This document shows positions 49,652 to 50,119 of a stretch of 50,119 nt of DNA, in pieces. The position numbers and the translations under genes are program-made. This stretch comes from Nemertoderma westbladi (lineage: Eukaryota; Animalia; Xenacoelomorpha). Position 1 is the stretch's first letter. Each line of letters begins with the position of its first letter. Location of the stretch: positions 1-50,119 of the forward strand of contig JAUCBJ010000711.1 of NCBI GenBank assembly GCA_032718475.1, in the 5' to 3' direction. The notes beneath the pieces were generated by a model. That model was not told the DNA's origin. It searched no databases and saw only the letters and a program-made list of their open reading frames with translations.

Positions 49652-50038
49652 ACGTATTTAATATACTCGAATAAGAGTCTGGGCGTTTAAGTTTATAAGT
49701 TGCCAATTGGGGAGGCGTTTAAGTTAAAAATTGTCTGGTTCGAGTGGGTAGGTTTATGTGTATATTCTAGATTTCCAGCATTTTGAATCTAAATACCCTA
49801 AATAAAGGCGCAATGGGATACGCATTGCGTATCTCCTTCTGTCAACCAATACTGGCCCAGTTAACTCTCAACAATGTTAACGTCCCACATTGTAATATTA
49901 TTAAACGCCGTGACCGTTTATTCGGGGAAGGCGTTTAAGTCGCTAATTGGATGGTAAGGGGGGGGGGGGGGGGCGTTAATTCGAGGTGGGCGTTTATTCG
50001 AGGGGGGGGGGGGGGGACTCTTATTCGAGTAAATACGG
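49652..50038. mobile_element. Tc1/mariner-pogo-type MITE with TA target duplication
   Basis: Right TIR GACTCTTATTCGAGTAAATACGG|TA. Left TA|ACGTATTTA(ATATA)CTCGAATAAGAGTC is its inverse with one substitution and a 5-bp insertion. Internal GGCGTTTA subrepeats. Confidence 0.85.
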
Positions 50039-50119
50039 TATCTGCCCTGCCCTCTTTATAGATAAACTTTCGAAAAATCTAATGTACTATAAAATTCCCA
50101 GATACGGTATGTAAAAATT

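Overview
Eukaryotic (probably invertebrate animal) genomic DNA dominated by repeats; nothing looks prokaryotic and there is no CRISPR array. From left to right: (1) a decayed CR1/L2-group LINE 3' half (1-1293, minus). (2) A 5.3-kb G-rich 54-bp satellite (3001-8313). (3) Abutting it, an apparently full-length APE-RT LINE with two open ORFs (about 8314-15830, minus). Its unusually large ORF1 carries a Cys-rich N-terminus, about 15 Ser/Thr-rich repeats, a Ulp1/SENP (C48)-like cysteine-protease domain whose catalytic Asp position is Ser, a coiled coil and an RRM-like domain. ORF1 ends in TTT-TAA with ORF2 open in the +1 frame, so a fused polyprotein is possible. (4) The satellite and LINE appear to lie inside one non-autonomous Helentron/HINE (pearl-like) element with ends near 2958 and 16012. 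(5) A plus-strand host gene with three phase-compatible exons (16632-16665, 18549-18787, 22582-22869) encoding a Pro/His-rich PPxY protein behind an NRF1-type palindrome. (6) A 26.5-kb 32/25-bp satellite filling the next intron, interrupted by a 1.27-kb HINE-like element with seven ~146-bp repeats, each carrying a CTCF-like motif. (7) Two MITEs and many TA-flanked Tc1/mariner-type excision footprints. Family assignments come from motif recognition by eye, not database searches.
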